Of a stretch of 64,000 bases of DNA, positions 1 to 13,089 are shown one piece after another. Below the pieces are notes generated by a model. That model made no database searches, was not told the DNA's origin, and saw only the letters and a list, made by a program, of their open reading frames with translations. A program made the translations under genes and the position numbers. The stretch is from Vicugna vicugna (lineage: Eukaryota), in contig MU058531.1 in the NCBI GenBank assembly GCA_013265495.1, positions 1,424,911 to 1,488,910 on the forward strand, read 5' to 3'. Position 1 is the stretch's first letter. Every line of letters starts with the position of its first letter.

Positions 1-459
1 ACAATGTTTATAAATGTTGGCCCAGGGGATGACAGGCCTGGTGAGTCATCAAAGAATCAACTCTCTTCAGCAGAGTTTTAGTGTTGAGTGCATTTAGCTG
101 TCTTCTAATTCTTAGAGAATCCATATGTTTATTATTTTTTGTGTGATGGCACATGCCAGAAGAGAAAGCTGGTTTTTCTATTTCCAGAGTGAAGTTTTCT
201 CCCATTCACCTGAATAAATCTTCCCATCACAATGCAGTAGTTATTCCCTAGCTTTCAAAACTTCTAAAACATCCTTGTAGTTTTAAGCTAATCAGCACTT
301 AGAAACCATAAACTTCCATTTTTCTTTTTTTTCTCTTTTTCTTTGTCATGTTGCTGGCGCTTTACCTTTGCCTGGATTTCTGAGTGACATGAATACTGGA
401 GGGTGTGTCCAAGAGTAGAAATGCCATGTGGCAGCAATCCACAATACAGTGACATGCCA

Positions 460-1965
460 GTTTTCAAATCAACTTTATTGAGGTGCAGTTTACATAAACT
501 GCACCCATATTATGGTACAGATCAATGCAATTTGATAAATGTGTATATCTGTGTAGCCTCCATCCCAGTCAAGACAAATACAGAACATTTTCATAATCCC
601 AGAAAGTTCACTCATGTCTCTTTGCAGTCATCTACCCCTTCCCTTGCCCCAGATAACTGTGATCTGTTTACTATGAATAGAGCTAATTATGCCTGTTTTT
701 TATATAAATGGAATATACAGGATAGACTCTTGTGCCTGGCTCCTTTATTAGCTCAGCTTAAGTTTTTGAGATTCATCCATGTTTTTGTGTGTATCAATAC
801 CTGTTCTTTTTTTTACTGCTAAAAAGAATTCTATGATATGAATATATCATAATCTGTTTATCCATTCACCTTTTGATAAACATTTGGATTATTTCCAGGT
901 TTTGGCTATTTTGAATAACGCTGCTAAAACAAATGTATACAAGACTGTGTGGGCATATGCATTCAGTTATCTTGGGTAAATACCTAGGAGAAAAATTGCT
1001 GGTGAGTGCATGAATAACTTTTAAAAAACTGCCAAAGTGTTTCCCAAAAAGGTTGTGTCATTTTATACTCCCATCAGTATAAGAATTCCAGTTGCTCTAG
1101 ACCCTCACCAACATTTGCTGTTGTCGGTCTTCTTAATTATAGTTATTCTAGTGTATCTGTGAGAGAATCTTACTGTAGTTATAATTTGCATTTCCCTCAG
1201 GGTGGAAGATGTTGAGCAGGTTTTCATGTGCTTGTTGGCTTATTTGCATATCTTCTTTTGTGACGTATCCAAATCTTTCAATTTTTATTTTTATTGGGCT
1301 ATTTACTTGTTATTGACCTCTAAGAGTTTTTTATATATTCGGGACATAGTCCTTTGTCAGATAAATGTATTATGAATTTTTCTCCCAGCCTGTGGCTCAT
1401 CTTTTCATTTTCTTAATGGAATCTTCCAAAGGGCAAATTTTAAAAATTTGGATAAAATTCAATGTATTTTTTCAAAATATATTTTACAGTTTGTTCTTTT
1501 CTTGTCCTAAGAAATCTTTTTCCACACCAAGGAAGCTAGTCTCCTACATTTTCTGTCAGAAGTTTTATACTTTTAGCTTTTATGTTTAGATTTATACTCC
1601 ATTTAAAATAATTTTTGTGTGTGGTATGAGGTAATAGTGGAGGTTCATTTTGTTCGTATGAATATTCTGTTTCAGCACCATCTGTTGAAAAGACTATTCT
1701 TTCTTCACCTTTGTTGAAAATCAATTTATGTGTGGGTCTATTTATGGAGTCTTGATTTTATTCCACTGATTAAAATGTTTATCTTCATGCCAATACCATG
1801 CTCTCTTGATTACTGTAGCTTTGTAAAAAAGTACAAAGTAAATAAGGACAAACTACTTGAAATCAAGTAGTGTAAGTCCTCCAACTTTGCTCTTTGTTTA
1901 AAAAAATTGACTATTCTAGCTCATTTGCATTTCCATATAAATTTTAGAATTAGTTGTTCACAATG
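460..1965 (-). mobile_element. Old L1M 3' UTR and ORF2 end
   Basis: aactttattgag..., gggtaaatacctaggag, gatgttgagcaggttttcatgtgcttgttggc, cagcaccatctgttgaaaagac: typical antisense L1M motifs. Confidence 0.85.
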
Positions 1966-1974
1966 GATTACTTC

Positions 1975-3390
1975 CCAGTAATAAGAAGGAATGAAATATT
2001 GATACACGTAAGAATATGAGTAATCTCAATAATTACACTGAGTAAAAGAAACCAAGCAAAAATAAAACATACTGTTTTAATCCATCTATATAAAATTCTA
2101 GAAAATGCAAAATATTCTATAGGAAGCAGAGAAGCGGTTTCCTGGGGATGGGTCATAGGAGAGGGGTTGCAAAGAGAGACGGGAACGAGAAATTATTCAA
2201 GGGCACAAGGAAACTGTGAATGTTCCAAACTGATGGGTAGATTCTTGATTGTGGATAGTATTAGGAGTGTACATGATACTTATCAAATTCTACACTTTTT
2301 ATTTTTGCAGATCACTGTACATCAGTCATAATTCAATAAAGCTGGTTTTTAAAAATAGACATTGCCCAAATATGAAACTAAAGAAAGCATTCAAAGAATA
2401 TAGAATTAGAATGGTTTCGGGTTTTTCAGCATCAACACTGGAGACTAGAATACAATAGAGAAATACTTTCAAAGGTCTAAATGAAAATAATTTCCAACCT
2501 AAAATTCTATATCCTGCTAAGCAATAAAGCAAGATGAAATAAAATTGTAAGATATATGCAACCTAAACAAAATTTACTTACGATTCATTCTTAGGAAGCT
2601 GCTATAATTACTACACCAGCAAAACAACAAAGTGAAGGAAGGCAGAGGATTATATGAGATGAAATTTTTTAGGGTCCAACACAAGAGTGGTGAGAGGAAT
2701 TCTCTGATTGATGGTAAAGGAAACCCCCAGAATGGCAGCATTGAGTGCAACATTCTCAAGAGCAAGAGTGGCAAATAAACATGCTCCAGGAGAAAGATTC
2801 CTTTTTTAAAAACAAAACCAACAAGAGATGATCTCCTGTGTTTCATGATGTGGGACATTGCATTGAGAGGCTGTTGGAGCAAGTGGGAAGAATGAGCAAT
2901 AGATTCAGAGAAAACTAAGCAGATAAGAATCAGAAAATTATTAATGCCAGAGCTACCCAAAAGCTGTAAAAGAAAGGAAATATATCCACAATATATTATG
3001 ATTACGGTTCAGAGTATATGATACCTATTTAGTCACAACACTAAAAAAAGTGAATACTGATTTTTTTTTAATGTGATATATTTCTACTGCAAGGAGGTGA
3101 AGAAGTATGGGCAGAGTGAATTGTGTGTGCTAAATCATTCTGCACCATAGTAGAAAATACACAGAGAAAACGTAAAATTGATCTATTAAAAATAGAGTTA
3201 GATACTTAATTTTAAGTTATGCAGATAAACACTAGAAAAAAATAAGTGCAGTGCTTGCCTCCAAGAAGTGGGACTAGCGATGTGGAGGAGTGGAACATGA
3301 TACCCGGAACTCTTCCTTTATAAATTGTTTACTACCCTTTGACTTTTAAAACCTTTAGCATGTATCTTTGTTAAAAAATAAAAATTAGTT
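1975..3390 (+). mobile_element. L1ME-type 3' fragment (1975-2350) followed by HAL1/L1 ORF1-like remnant
   Basis: aagaaggaatgaaatattgatac...aataaagctg; then ORF1-like IRMVSGFSASTLETRIQ and ttccaacctaaaattctatatcctgc. Confidence 0.7.
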
Positions 3391-3599
3391 AAATAATTTC
3401 CAAAAATGATTTCTGGAGGCTGTATGCAAATAAATTAACTTCTCCAGACTCATCTGGTTACATATATTTTATTGAATGTTTTTTTCTATTTATTACTTAT
3501 CAGCCTGAGTGGAGATCATAATTATTCTCTTATTTTGCTGAGGTCAAATGCGATATATGAGTGTAAGAACTGATAGATTAATTTGTGCCTTGGTCCAGA

Positions 3600-5720
3600 T
3601 GTGAGCTTTTCAAAAAATCAACTTTTAGCTCTGACAATTTTCTCTTTTGTTTGTATTCTATTGCATCAACTTCTATTTTTACCTTCATTATTTCCTTCTT
3701 CCTACTTAATTTGCTCTTCTTTTATCAGCTTCTTAATTTGGAAACTGAGATCTTTGATTTTAACTTTTTTCTTTTCTAAAATGGGTATTTAAATCTCTGA
3801 ATTTCTTTTCAAGTACTACACTGGCTGAGTGTCAAAGTTCTGATAAATTGTTTTCCTTATCAAGTTCAAAATGTTTTCTAATTTCCCTTGGAATTTTTCA
3901 CTGAGCTATGGATTATTGATAGATGCATTATTTCAATATCCAAATATTTGTGGAATTTTCTAAATAGCAAATTGTAACTGATTTCTAATTTAATTTCACT
4001 GTTGTCAGAGAATATACTTTACATGATTGCAGTCCTTTTACAGTTACTGAGATTTATTTTATGGCTCAGCAGATGGCTGTTTTAGTAAATGTTCCACATG
4101 CACTTGAGAAGAATGAATACTCTATGGTTTGGGATAATGGTATGTACCTATTGCTTCATAGGTACATTTGATTGATAGTATAACAAAGATTTTTATACCC
4201 TTACTGACTTTTTTTGTATTTTATTTTTTTGGTGGGAGGGAGGTAAGTAGGTTTATTTATGTATTTATTTTAATAGAGGTACTGGGGATTGAACCCAGGA
4301 CCTCATGCATGCTAGGCACATGTTCCACCACTGAGCTATATCCTCTCCCTATACCCTTACTAACTTTTTATCCACTTACTCTATTAATTACTAAAGGAGG
4401 GATGATATAATCACCAACTGTGATTGTGGATTTTTCTTTTTGGTTTTTCAGTTTTTGTCTCATGATTTTGAAATTCTTTTATTAGGCAAATACACATTTA
4501 GGATTATTGTGTATTTTTCATGAATTACTCTCTTTATCACACCTAATACTTTTTGTCTTGAGGTCTAATTTATTTGGTATTAATATACTAATACCAGTTT
4601 TGTCATGCTTACTGTCGCATGGTATATTTCCTTCTGTTCTACTTGTATTTTTATTTTCAGAGTGTGTTTCTTGTAGATGTCATATACTGGGCCTTGCTTT
4701 TTTTACCCAGCTATAAAATTTCTGCCTTTTAATTGGAGATTACTCCATTTACATTTATTGAAATAATCCATAAGATTGGATTTAAATCTATCTGCTTGTT
4801 ATTTGTTTTCCATTTGCCTCTTCTGTTTTTTTTGTCTGTGTTGCTTGTTTCCTGCCTTCTTTTGGGTTAATTAAATATTTTTAAGTATTCCATTTTATTT
4901 TCTTCATTGGCTTCTTAATTACATCCCTTTTATCTTAAATGTTTAGTGGTTGCTCTCAGGCTTACGATATGCATCCTTAACAAAGTCTATTTTGAGTCAT
5001 ATTGTTCTTCAAACTTCACACTTCATTCTGACCTTTGCACTTCCTACTTCATCCTTCCTACTTTACACCTGATACTTTTCACTTCCCACTTTTCACTTCC
5101 CACTTTGTCCTTTACAAATGTAATAAACTTACTATAATATAATTCCATTTACTTATTTACCCTTGTCCTTTGTGCTACTCTTGTCATACCTTTTGCTTCT
5201 ACAAATGTAAAATCCCCTTACAACATTATTAATTTTACTTTAAACAGTTCATTCACTTTTAAGAAAGTTATGAAAAGAGAAAATAACATTGTCATTTAAA
5301 TGCACCCTCTTATTTACCATTTTCCATTTCATCGCACATATGCAGCACAGTCCTCAGCCAAGGATTTAGGGAGAACTCCCGCCTACTCTGTGCAGCTCCT
5401 CCTCTCCACTGCCCTGTTTTACAGATTCCAGTCACTTCAGAAACCCCAAACTCTGATCTGTGTTTCCTCAGCTCATCAGGACTACTGTTCTCCACTCAGA
5501 TCCTAGTCTCCATACCATGGTTGGGAAAAAAATCCCCAAGCAGAAAGCTGCAACAACATGGGGCTTATCTCATGAGTTTCTCCCAGGGACCATCCTTTGC
5601 ACTGCTTATTTTCCAGTGTCTGACAATAGTTGCTTCACATATTTTTCCAGTGTTGTGATTGCTTACCGCAAGAGGGATAATCCAATACCAGCTATTCTAT
5701 CACACTCCCCTAGCAGAAGC
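3600..5720 (-). mobile_element. Old L1 endonuclease-region and upstream fragments
   Basis: aatgttccacatgcacttgagaagaatg, tcaccaactgtgattgtggatt, tactccatttacatttattg; interrupted by the SINE at 4213. Confidence 0.75.
4213..4349 (-). mobile_element. tRNA-Ala-derived camelid SINE (vic-1 type) inserted in an old L1
   Basis: Reverse strand reads GGGAGAGGATATAGCTCAGTGGTGGAAC...GGGTTCAATCCCCAGTACCTCTATT followed by an A-rich tail. TSD tatacccttact(g/a)actttt at 4194-4212 and 4350-4368. Confidence 0.88.
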
Positions 5721-6639
5721 TAGTCAAGACCCGAACCAAATACCAAAAATGAAAGCATTCTCTGAATCTCCTGCATAATAATCTACACCCAACTTTCCAG
5801 CTCTGCAATATTCATATTTATGAAACATTAACAAGAATGTAAATGCTTTATTTCGCTAAGGAGTTTAAGATCTCAAACCTGCAAAACTAAGCCAATTAGA
5901 CCAACTTAGCCATTGGCAAACACTGAGCTGCTCTGAGATGAGCCATTAAGGCTGACTGATCAGCCAGCAAGGCCACCCTGGCCCACACAGTCGACCAGAA
6001 CGGAGGCCTTAGCAGATTGTATGGCCTGTAGGGGCTGTTTTCCAACTTTGCATAGTGGAGGAGTCTGAATAGAAAAATAAAACAAACTTGTGTCTGTAAG
6101 AGGCTACACTTATTGTTGCACAGCATCAAACAGCCTACTATTTTTGTAAGTCAGGATAGCTAAAGGTCTATCAAAACGTCAAGGAGAGTAAACAAAAGAA
6201 CAATACTACCTTGTATTTGAATAGTGAATTTCTTAATTGGGCCTCTCATTAACCCTCTGAAAACGGCAATAAGCTGTTATCATTCCCATTTTGCAAATAA
6301 GGAAACTCAGAATCGAGCAAGTTAATTGACGTATCGAACAACACACGATTAGATGATGACAGAACTTGGAAAGGCTGTGAGTAAATTTACCCACTGTGTC
6401 AAATACATGGACAGCTCAGACCAGCCCTGGGAATGGGTAGAATACATGGCCAGCTATGAGGTGCAAGTTGAGAGGTGCCAAATCATTCACCTCCTAACTT
6501 ATCACAGGGCCTAAAATTTCAGCATTCGTCATTCATTTCAGCATGAGCCATGGTGACCGCTTATATGGAAATCTAATTACCTTACAGTTGAACAGCAATT
6601 CACATTTTCCAAACTATTTTACATCTAAAAATAGCAATA

Positions 6640-6880
6640 CCGAACATTTATTATGAGTACTTTCTATGTGGTAGGCACTATTTTAAGTGTTCTGCAAGTA
6701 TTGACTATTTTGATCTATACAATAATTCTAAGAGAGGAGTACTATAAATATCTCCATTTAACATAGGAAGAAACTAGAGCATAAAAAGATTAAATATCTT
6801 GCCTAAGGTCATACAATTAGCAAGTAAGAAGTTGGGATTTGAGTCTAGATCCAGAATTCTTGCTTTTAACCATTAAACTA
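6640..6880 (-). mobile_element. MIR SINE (other MIRs near 6270, 6950, 24340, 31700, 50100, 50850, 57350, 62750, 63500)
   Basis: aacatttatt...ggcactattttaagtg...cttgcctaaggtcatacaattag core. Confidence 0.75.
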
Positions 6881-8638
6881 CTTGTTATGTTATTAGATCC
6901 AATCCAATGTCCTGCAAGATAAAAGAATTACTAAATCATCTTCTACAGATGAACTAATAGAGACCCAGAAAATGTAAGTGGCTTGCCCAAAGTTCCCCAA
7001 CTAATTATTGGCCGATTCATGATTAATCCCGGGAATTATAACTCTTAGTCAACTCTTCCTAACATACTAAGCCAAAAGGATTACTAGTTAGGTCATCAGC
7101 AGCAAAAAGAGAGTGGGGCAAAGACAGTTATATTTTGGTGGGAGCTAGGGTAAGATTTTCCGAAAAGCCAAAAAGCAGCTTGAGAATTTTGAGCCCCTAG
7201 GTGGTGTTAGGAAATATTAATTTCATTCTACAAGCATTTGTTGATTCTCTAACTATGTTTTCAGTACAGGAATATATCTATGAATAAAACAAGCGAAAAT
7301 CTCTGCTTTCCTAGTATTTACAGTCTAGTCTAACATAAGAAAATATTACCATTGACATTAAAGAATTATATTGAAAATAAAGAGGTGGCATGTGAAGCAG
7401 AATCAAAAATGAATTCAGCTGGAAATTTGTTTTCAAATATACCCCTTTAATAACTCACTAATTTCCCACATGCTTCTTCCAGGAAGTAACCCATCGATGT
7501 TTAAAATGTAGGTAACTTGCGATTTTTCGAAGTACAATGTCAAACTTGTTGTTGATGGTGTAAGAGACTAAGTTCCCCCAAACAATAAATGGGATCAGAT
7601 GGAGCTGAAAAGATACCGTTTTGCAGTCTATCAGAGCAAATAAAATCTTTGAGAAAGTTGCTCTGCCTTAAAAAACAGAAGGTTATGATATATCAATAAA
7701 ATCTTCTAAAATTCTTCCCTTTTAAAGTCTTCTTTTAGGCTATCAAAGGTTCTTGCTACTAAAAAATGGAACACTGGCAGCCAGAACAGGTGGGGACCAC
7801 TGAGGGGGTGGAAGTCTGATAAACTAACCCTAGTCCTGTGCAAACTACCTTGGCTGTCATCACTTTAATAGAGGTCTAGTTTCTCTAGTCTCCACTTGGA
7901 CTCACTCCAACAAACTCATCAGAATTGACAAGGGATGAATTCTTGGTTCAGGGTGGAAAAACCTCGGATTTGATTCCTTAGCCCAAGTTGCTAGGCAGCA
8001 GCAGTTCCCACGCGGAGGGAGCCAGCTCTTGCTTTTATCAGTAGTTGTCAATCATGTCCAGCAGCAGGAGCCTCCAGGAAAAGCCTATTTTTCTTCTTCT
8101 CTCTTGCTGGCCCCATCCACACCTATCTTGAGGCCATGCTTAACCTTCCGGAATTGACAGCTCCCAATACCACTTCATTCCTACAACTCAGGAAGGTGTT
8201 CCCTTCTCCCCAAACAATGTCTCTGCTCATCCAAGACAGCCAAGTTCCAGAGGGCTTCACTCTTTGGGCCCAAAGATTCTATTTTACATTGAAACGCAAA
8301 GCCAGTCCCTGTCATTGACAGGTTTGGGTGAATGATTTTACCAAATCTCTTCCAATGGAGAAGTGGGTGTGGGGGAGATGTAGGGAGGTGAGCAGAAGAG
8401 CACCCGGCAAGGATGGGGGGAGCAGGGAGAGGACGAGGCATTGGCAAAGGGAGCAACGAGTCCAGGAAGGGAAGCCAGGACAACTGAGGACAAACCTGTC
8501 AGCTCCTTGGTTTCCCCAAGGGCTGGTCTTGTACTTGGCAGCTGAGCCGTGGTCTCTCACCGAACAGAGCCTGAGCAGCATCCTGTTGTCCAACCATGTC
8601 AGTCAGAAATGGGAACTGGAGGTCAAGATGGAGGCGGC

Positions 8639-9035
8639 TGTGGGGATGCTGGGATGTGCTGCCAAGACCCCCCTTCAAGAATGAAGAACCAATTACTCCC
8701 AGCTGCTGGGACTGTTCTGGCACTCCACCCTCAGCCGTAGGATCAGCTCAGCTAAAGGAATTGCATGAGCAAGATCACCTCCCCTTCCCAGGGGGTCCCA
8801 TGTCTAACTCTAGCACAGCCCGTGACTGCTCTGAGTTTCATTCCACCTTCATAACCCCCCACGTGGTTGGCTGAGTCATCTGTTAAGACCGCATCACAGC
8901 TCGGCTTTTCCCTTTGCCCAGTCTTGCTTCCTTTCCTTCCTTTCCATGGGGGTTGATTTCAAAGGCATTCCCTAAAAAATCTGCATGCCAGTCTCCATCT
9001 CAGGGTCTGCTTCTTGGAGACACCAAACTGTGATA
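8639..9035 (+). mobile_element. LTR16-family (ERVL) solo LTR
   Basis: 3' end ...ttgcttcctt...ctgcatgccagtctccatctcagggtctgcttcttggaga...ctgtgata resembles recalled LTR16A. Confidence 0.7.
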
Positions 9036-11229
9036 ATCAGGCAAACCACATCCTACCCCATCAAATAGATGAAAAGACTGGGATGTCTTGGGCTGCCGCG
9101 CAGGGCTGCCTACCGCACTGTTTAGGCTGGGGCTGGGAAACAGCTCAGTAACATAAGAAATCCAAACAGGACCAGAGAAAACTTTCTTTGTCCCTGAGGG
9201 AGGTCCTGGAAGATTAGCTTCTCAAACATTAGACAGTAACAACACAAAAGGTGATCCATTTCATCTAACAAGCATTCCTGGAGCGTAAACTCTTTATCAA
9301 GCACAAAATTATTTGCTGCCATCATCTTCACCATCATCATCATCTTTGCAATCATCATCCTTACTGGTTAGCACTTCACCAGATAAGGCATTCTAGGAAT
9401 TAGGAAACAAATCACTGTCCATTAATGTTCCCATTATGGTTTCACAGACAAAGATGACCTTCCCTCTTAGTCCTTATATTTCCCTATTCAAGTATACTTG
9501 GTTTTCAAACTGTCCAGCTGTAGATATTTCCCTGTCAGCCTGATCATTCCAATTGCCTTTCTCTGGAATTGCTTCACTTCTGCTGGGGTTTTCTGAGTGA
9601 TGCTATGATCCTATCTGATTCCTTTTCTCTAGATATGGCTGAACCAGAGTTTGAACCCAGGTAAGACTATATTCTTTTAGTTTGCCTCCAGCGGCTTCAC
9701 TGAGATGTCCAGCCAGCCTTTGCAGCAAAGCTATTCCCTGAGACGGAGTGACTTTAGGGCTTCCTTGAGCATATGTGATAGTTCTGAGTCCATCCCCATA
9801 AACAAAATTTGAACCATTACGTTTTCTCACATACTGCTTTCCATTAGCCCTCACTGACACTCCGCAGCTAATTTTCTGGTGAGTTCCCTAATACTGTCTT
9901 TACTGATTAACATTTTACTCCCTCAGACAATTTAGTGTCTCCTGTAAACGTAGAAACTTGACTACAAATGTCTTTTGCCAGTATGTTCCTGAGTAAGAGA
10001 AATAACTGGTTCTGTTCTGATCCCTCAAGGTTCCATTATTTAGATCTCCATTCCCATAGTCCTATCTTTGTTTGTTGCTTTTAATTTATATTATTTTTCC
10101 TTTGCAAAACAATCCCATAAGTTCCAGGATGATGCATGCTGGGGACTAAGACAATGTGGGGAACCCATAGGGCTACCTTAAGATATATGCTGATTCAGAC
10201 ATTCCATGGAAATACACACAGGTCATTGGTGATTGATCCATGGCCTGGGAGCAAAGAATCTGGGAAGGCTTGTCCATATTTCCCCTTAGAACTTCAGTGG
10301 TCTCTGAACTCCTTCACTGGCTCTGAATCTGCTCCACTTTCTGGTGGTTACCTGACCAATTTCAGTGTCCTGGCTATGGCCTCTTTAGCCTTCCTCGGTT
10401 TGAATTTACTCCCTAGGGATTCCAAGTACTCAGAATTTAAAACAGGCCACAAAGGTTCTTGTGAAATGATCTCCTTTGGGGTAATTATCATCCCAAGTTA
10501 TCTTATGAACAATAAGATCAGCAACTTCCAACACAGACAGGAATGGCGCGTAAAACATCACCATTGCAGTCAAGATGTGATGAGTTGGCAAATCCACTGT
10601 TACTTCTCAAATATACATTAGACAAAATCCTGGGATTCTGCTACTTATTAGAGACTGTGTGGAATAATGTGCACATAATTTACAATATCACAGAGAACAA
10701 AAGGACACCTTTTCTCTTATATTGATCCATGAGGAACTGCGAAAGGGGAAATTTTATAAGATATGAATATAAAATCTCTATTCTTCCTGGCTGTGAATCA
10801 TATCTCTAAATATAGATTTGCGTGTGTGTGCATGCACACAATTGTGGCATCTTCCCTGTTGACTCAAAAGGTTTTATTTCAACTTTTCATTTCTAAGAAG
10901 TCACTGTTCTCTCCTATTCCTGTATGCCTGAGTCACCCTACCCCCGCCCCCCATTTGCTCCCTGTACGATAAGAGGTAGATTTACACGACTAAAGTACAG
11001 AGTATTTTTAGGAAGAAGCTGCCAATGTTAGTCCTTTTGATGGGAATCAGAACCACTGTATCATATCTCTGGACAAATCTTCTCATCTAACGACTACCAA
11101 TAAGGCAGCATGCAGTTCATGCATCTTGAATCATAGGTGTTGAGAACTTTACTGGCATTCAATGCTTTGTTCCTGTACATTTCTAGATACACTATAAATC
11201 TATTCAGGTCATTGGTAACAATATGTAGA

Positions 11230-11307
11230 TAGAGATGCAGAGATGGATGGATGGATGGATAGATAGATAGACAGATAGACAGACAGATAGATGGAGAGAT
11301 AGAGACA
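11230..11307. repeat. Compound (GATG)n(GATA)n(GACA)n microsatellite
   Basis: Directly visible. Confidence 0.9.
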
Positions 11308-11804
11308 GGTTTAGTTTACATGTTTGGATGTTTTTCTCTTTAGTCATTCTAAATATTTGACTTGGTAATCTACTTGTGCTTAAAATAGACTGAGTATCAT
11401 CTATTTTTACTTCACGGTTAATATTATTCCATAAGGCACTCAATGCTTCATCACTCAGCCATGTAGCTGAGTGGTAAAAAGTTGGAGTTCAACTACTTGG
11501 CATACAGCAATCTATATGGTAGTACTGTAACAGGAAAAGTAGACCACTTATGAAGAAGTGTTCTGTTAAAGTGTTGAATTTAAACAGGTCTACAGACAAG
11601 GGATTTTCAGGCCTATGAGTGGCAAGGGTGCTCTGCTGGCCTATGAGATTATTAACCTCACTAATAAGCCTAAATCATGAATACTTACAAGAACCAGGCA
11701 TCGACATAATGTTATACATTGTAGTACTGAGACCGTCACACTCAAGCGAACCCAGTCCTCACTCTGCCCCTATCCTGGTGAAATGATGACAAATCTGGAC
11801 TCAT

Positions 11805-11938
11805 AGGTTATAAAGGTAAATGGTAGGATAAAGAACCTTAGGTCTGGGAAATATAAAGGTAAATGGTATATAAAGGTAATATGGTTATAAAAAGGTTATA
11901 AAGGTAAATGGTAGGATAAAGAACCTTAGGTCTGGGAA
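11805..11938. repeat. Perfect 46-bp direct repeat with a 42-bp spacer of partial copies
   Basis: aggttataaaggtaaatggtaggataaagaaccttaggtctgggaa at 11805-11850 and 11893-11938. Confidence 0.95.
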
Positions 11939-12751
11939 TTCTTACTTTCGGTTAAACCACAAGTGTCATAATTTCTTTCTTATTCTTTCCCAGGAATTAA
12001 AAAGAAATGCCAATAAACTAAGATTTATTCTAGGATTATGCATTATCAATAAAATGACAATGGGATTGTATGATGCATATTTCATTTCACTTCATGCCAT
12101 TTAGAAGTTTTCATTCACCATTTCTGATATTTTCCAATGTCTTATATGTTAAATGAGATTCCATTTTTTCCTCCTTTGCTTTCTTTTCCCTTCTTCCTCC
12201 CTCCTTCTCTTTCTCCCTTCCTTCTTTCTTTCTTTCACTGAAACTTATGATTTTTATAGGATCTCCAATCGCTGATTCTCTATAGGTAAAGAAAGCTACA
12301 AAAAGAAAACTTTGTTCAGACGTGAACATTTTTCGCTCCCCCGGGAGCTGTTTGTTCTTCTGGCAGCTCCCGGGGGACATGTTTTAATTTGTAGGTGTGT
12401 GTACATATGTGTACACGTGTGTGTATGTCAGGGAAGGAGGTCAGCTTGTTGAGATGCAAAGAACCCAGACCAGTGGTTCTAGACTTGACTCTGCTATTCT
12501 CTTACTGCCTGACTTTGGGCAAGTAAATTCACCTCGCCAATTTTTAGTTGTCTTATCGTATTTTAAAGGCTTTACATACACTGTGACTTTCTAAATTTCT
12601 CCCTGTATTCCTTCAGGTTTTTATTGTAAATCTTTATTAAATGTCATTTGGTTCATAAGGACCCATGACTCTATCTTCATTGAGGAAACTATACTTGATC
12701 AAAATAAAAATATTTGGTTTTTCTTAAACCATTCATCATATGTTTTCTTTG

Positions 12752-13089
12752 TTTTTTCAAATTGAAGTATAGTTGATTTACAGTGTTGTTAGTTTCTGGT
12801 GTATAGCATAGTGATTCTGTCATATATATATATATTCTTTTTCATGACAGGTTATTATAAGATATTGGCTATAGTTCCCTGTGTTATACAGTAGGTCCTT
12901 GTTGTTTATCTACTTTATATACAGTAGGGTGTATCTGTTAATCCCAAACTCCTAAGTTATCCCTCCACCTACTTCCTCTTTGGTAACCGTAAGTTTGTTT
13001 TTTATGTCTGTGAGTCTGTTTCTGTTTTGTAAATAAGCTCATTTGTTTCATTTTTTAAGATTCCACATGTAAGTGAAGTATCATGTGAT
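12752..13089 (-). mobile_element. 5'-truncated L1 3' end
   Basis: T-rich tail then attgaagtatagttgatttacagtgttg...; same 3' UTR as the 25965 and 35660 copies; degenerate TSD attcatca...ttttc. Confidence 0.85.

Noticed and set aside
460..2350. Opposed L1 pieces as a twin-priming inversion
   Set aside because: Both pieces contain their own 3' ends, so they are more likely independent insertions.
10136..10621. 161-aa ORF, and other 60-140 aa ORFs such as 403-822, 2574-2960, 28839-29240 and 58198-58608
   Set aside because: No recognisable domains or exon structure; most of the listed ORFs overlap L1 or LTR relics.
11805..11938. CRISPR-like repeat-spacer-repeat
   Set aside because: Mammalian DNA, only two repeats, the spacer derives from the repeat itself, and there are no cas genes.
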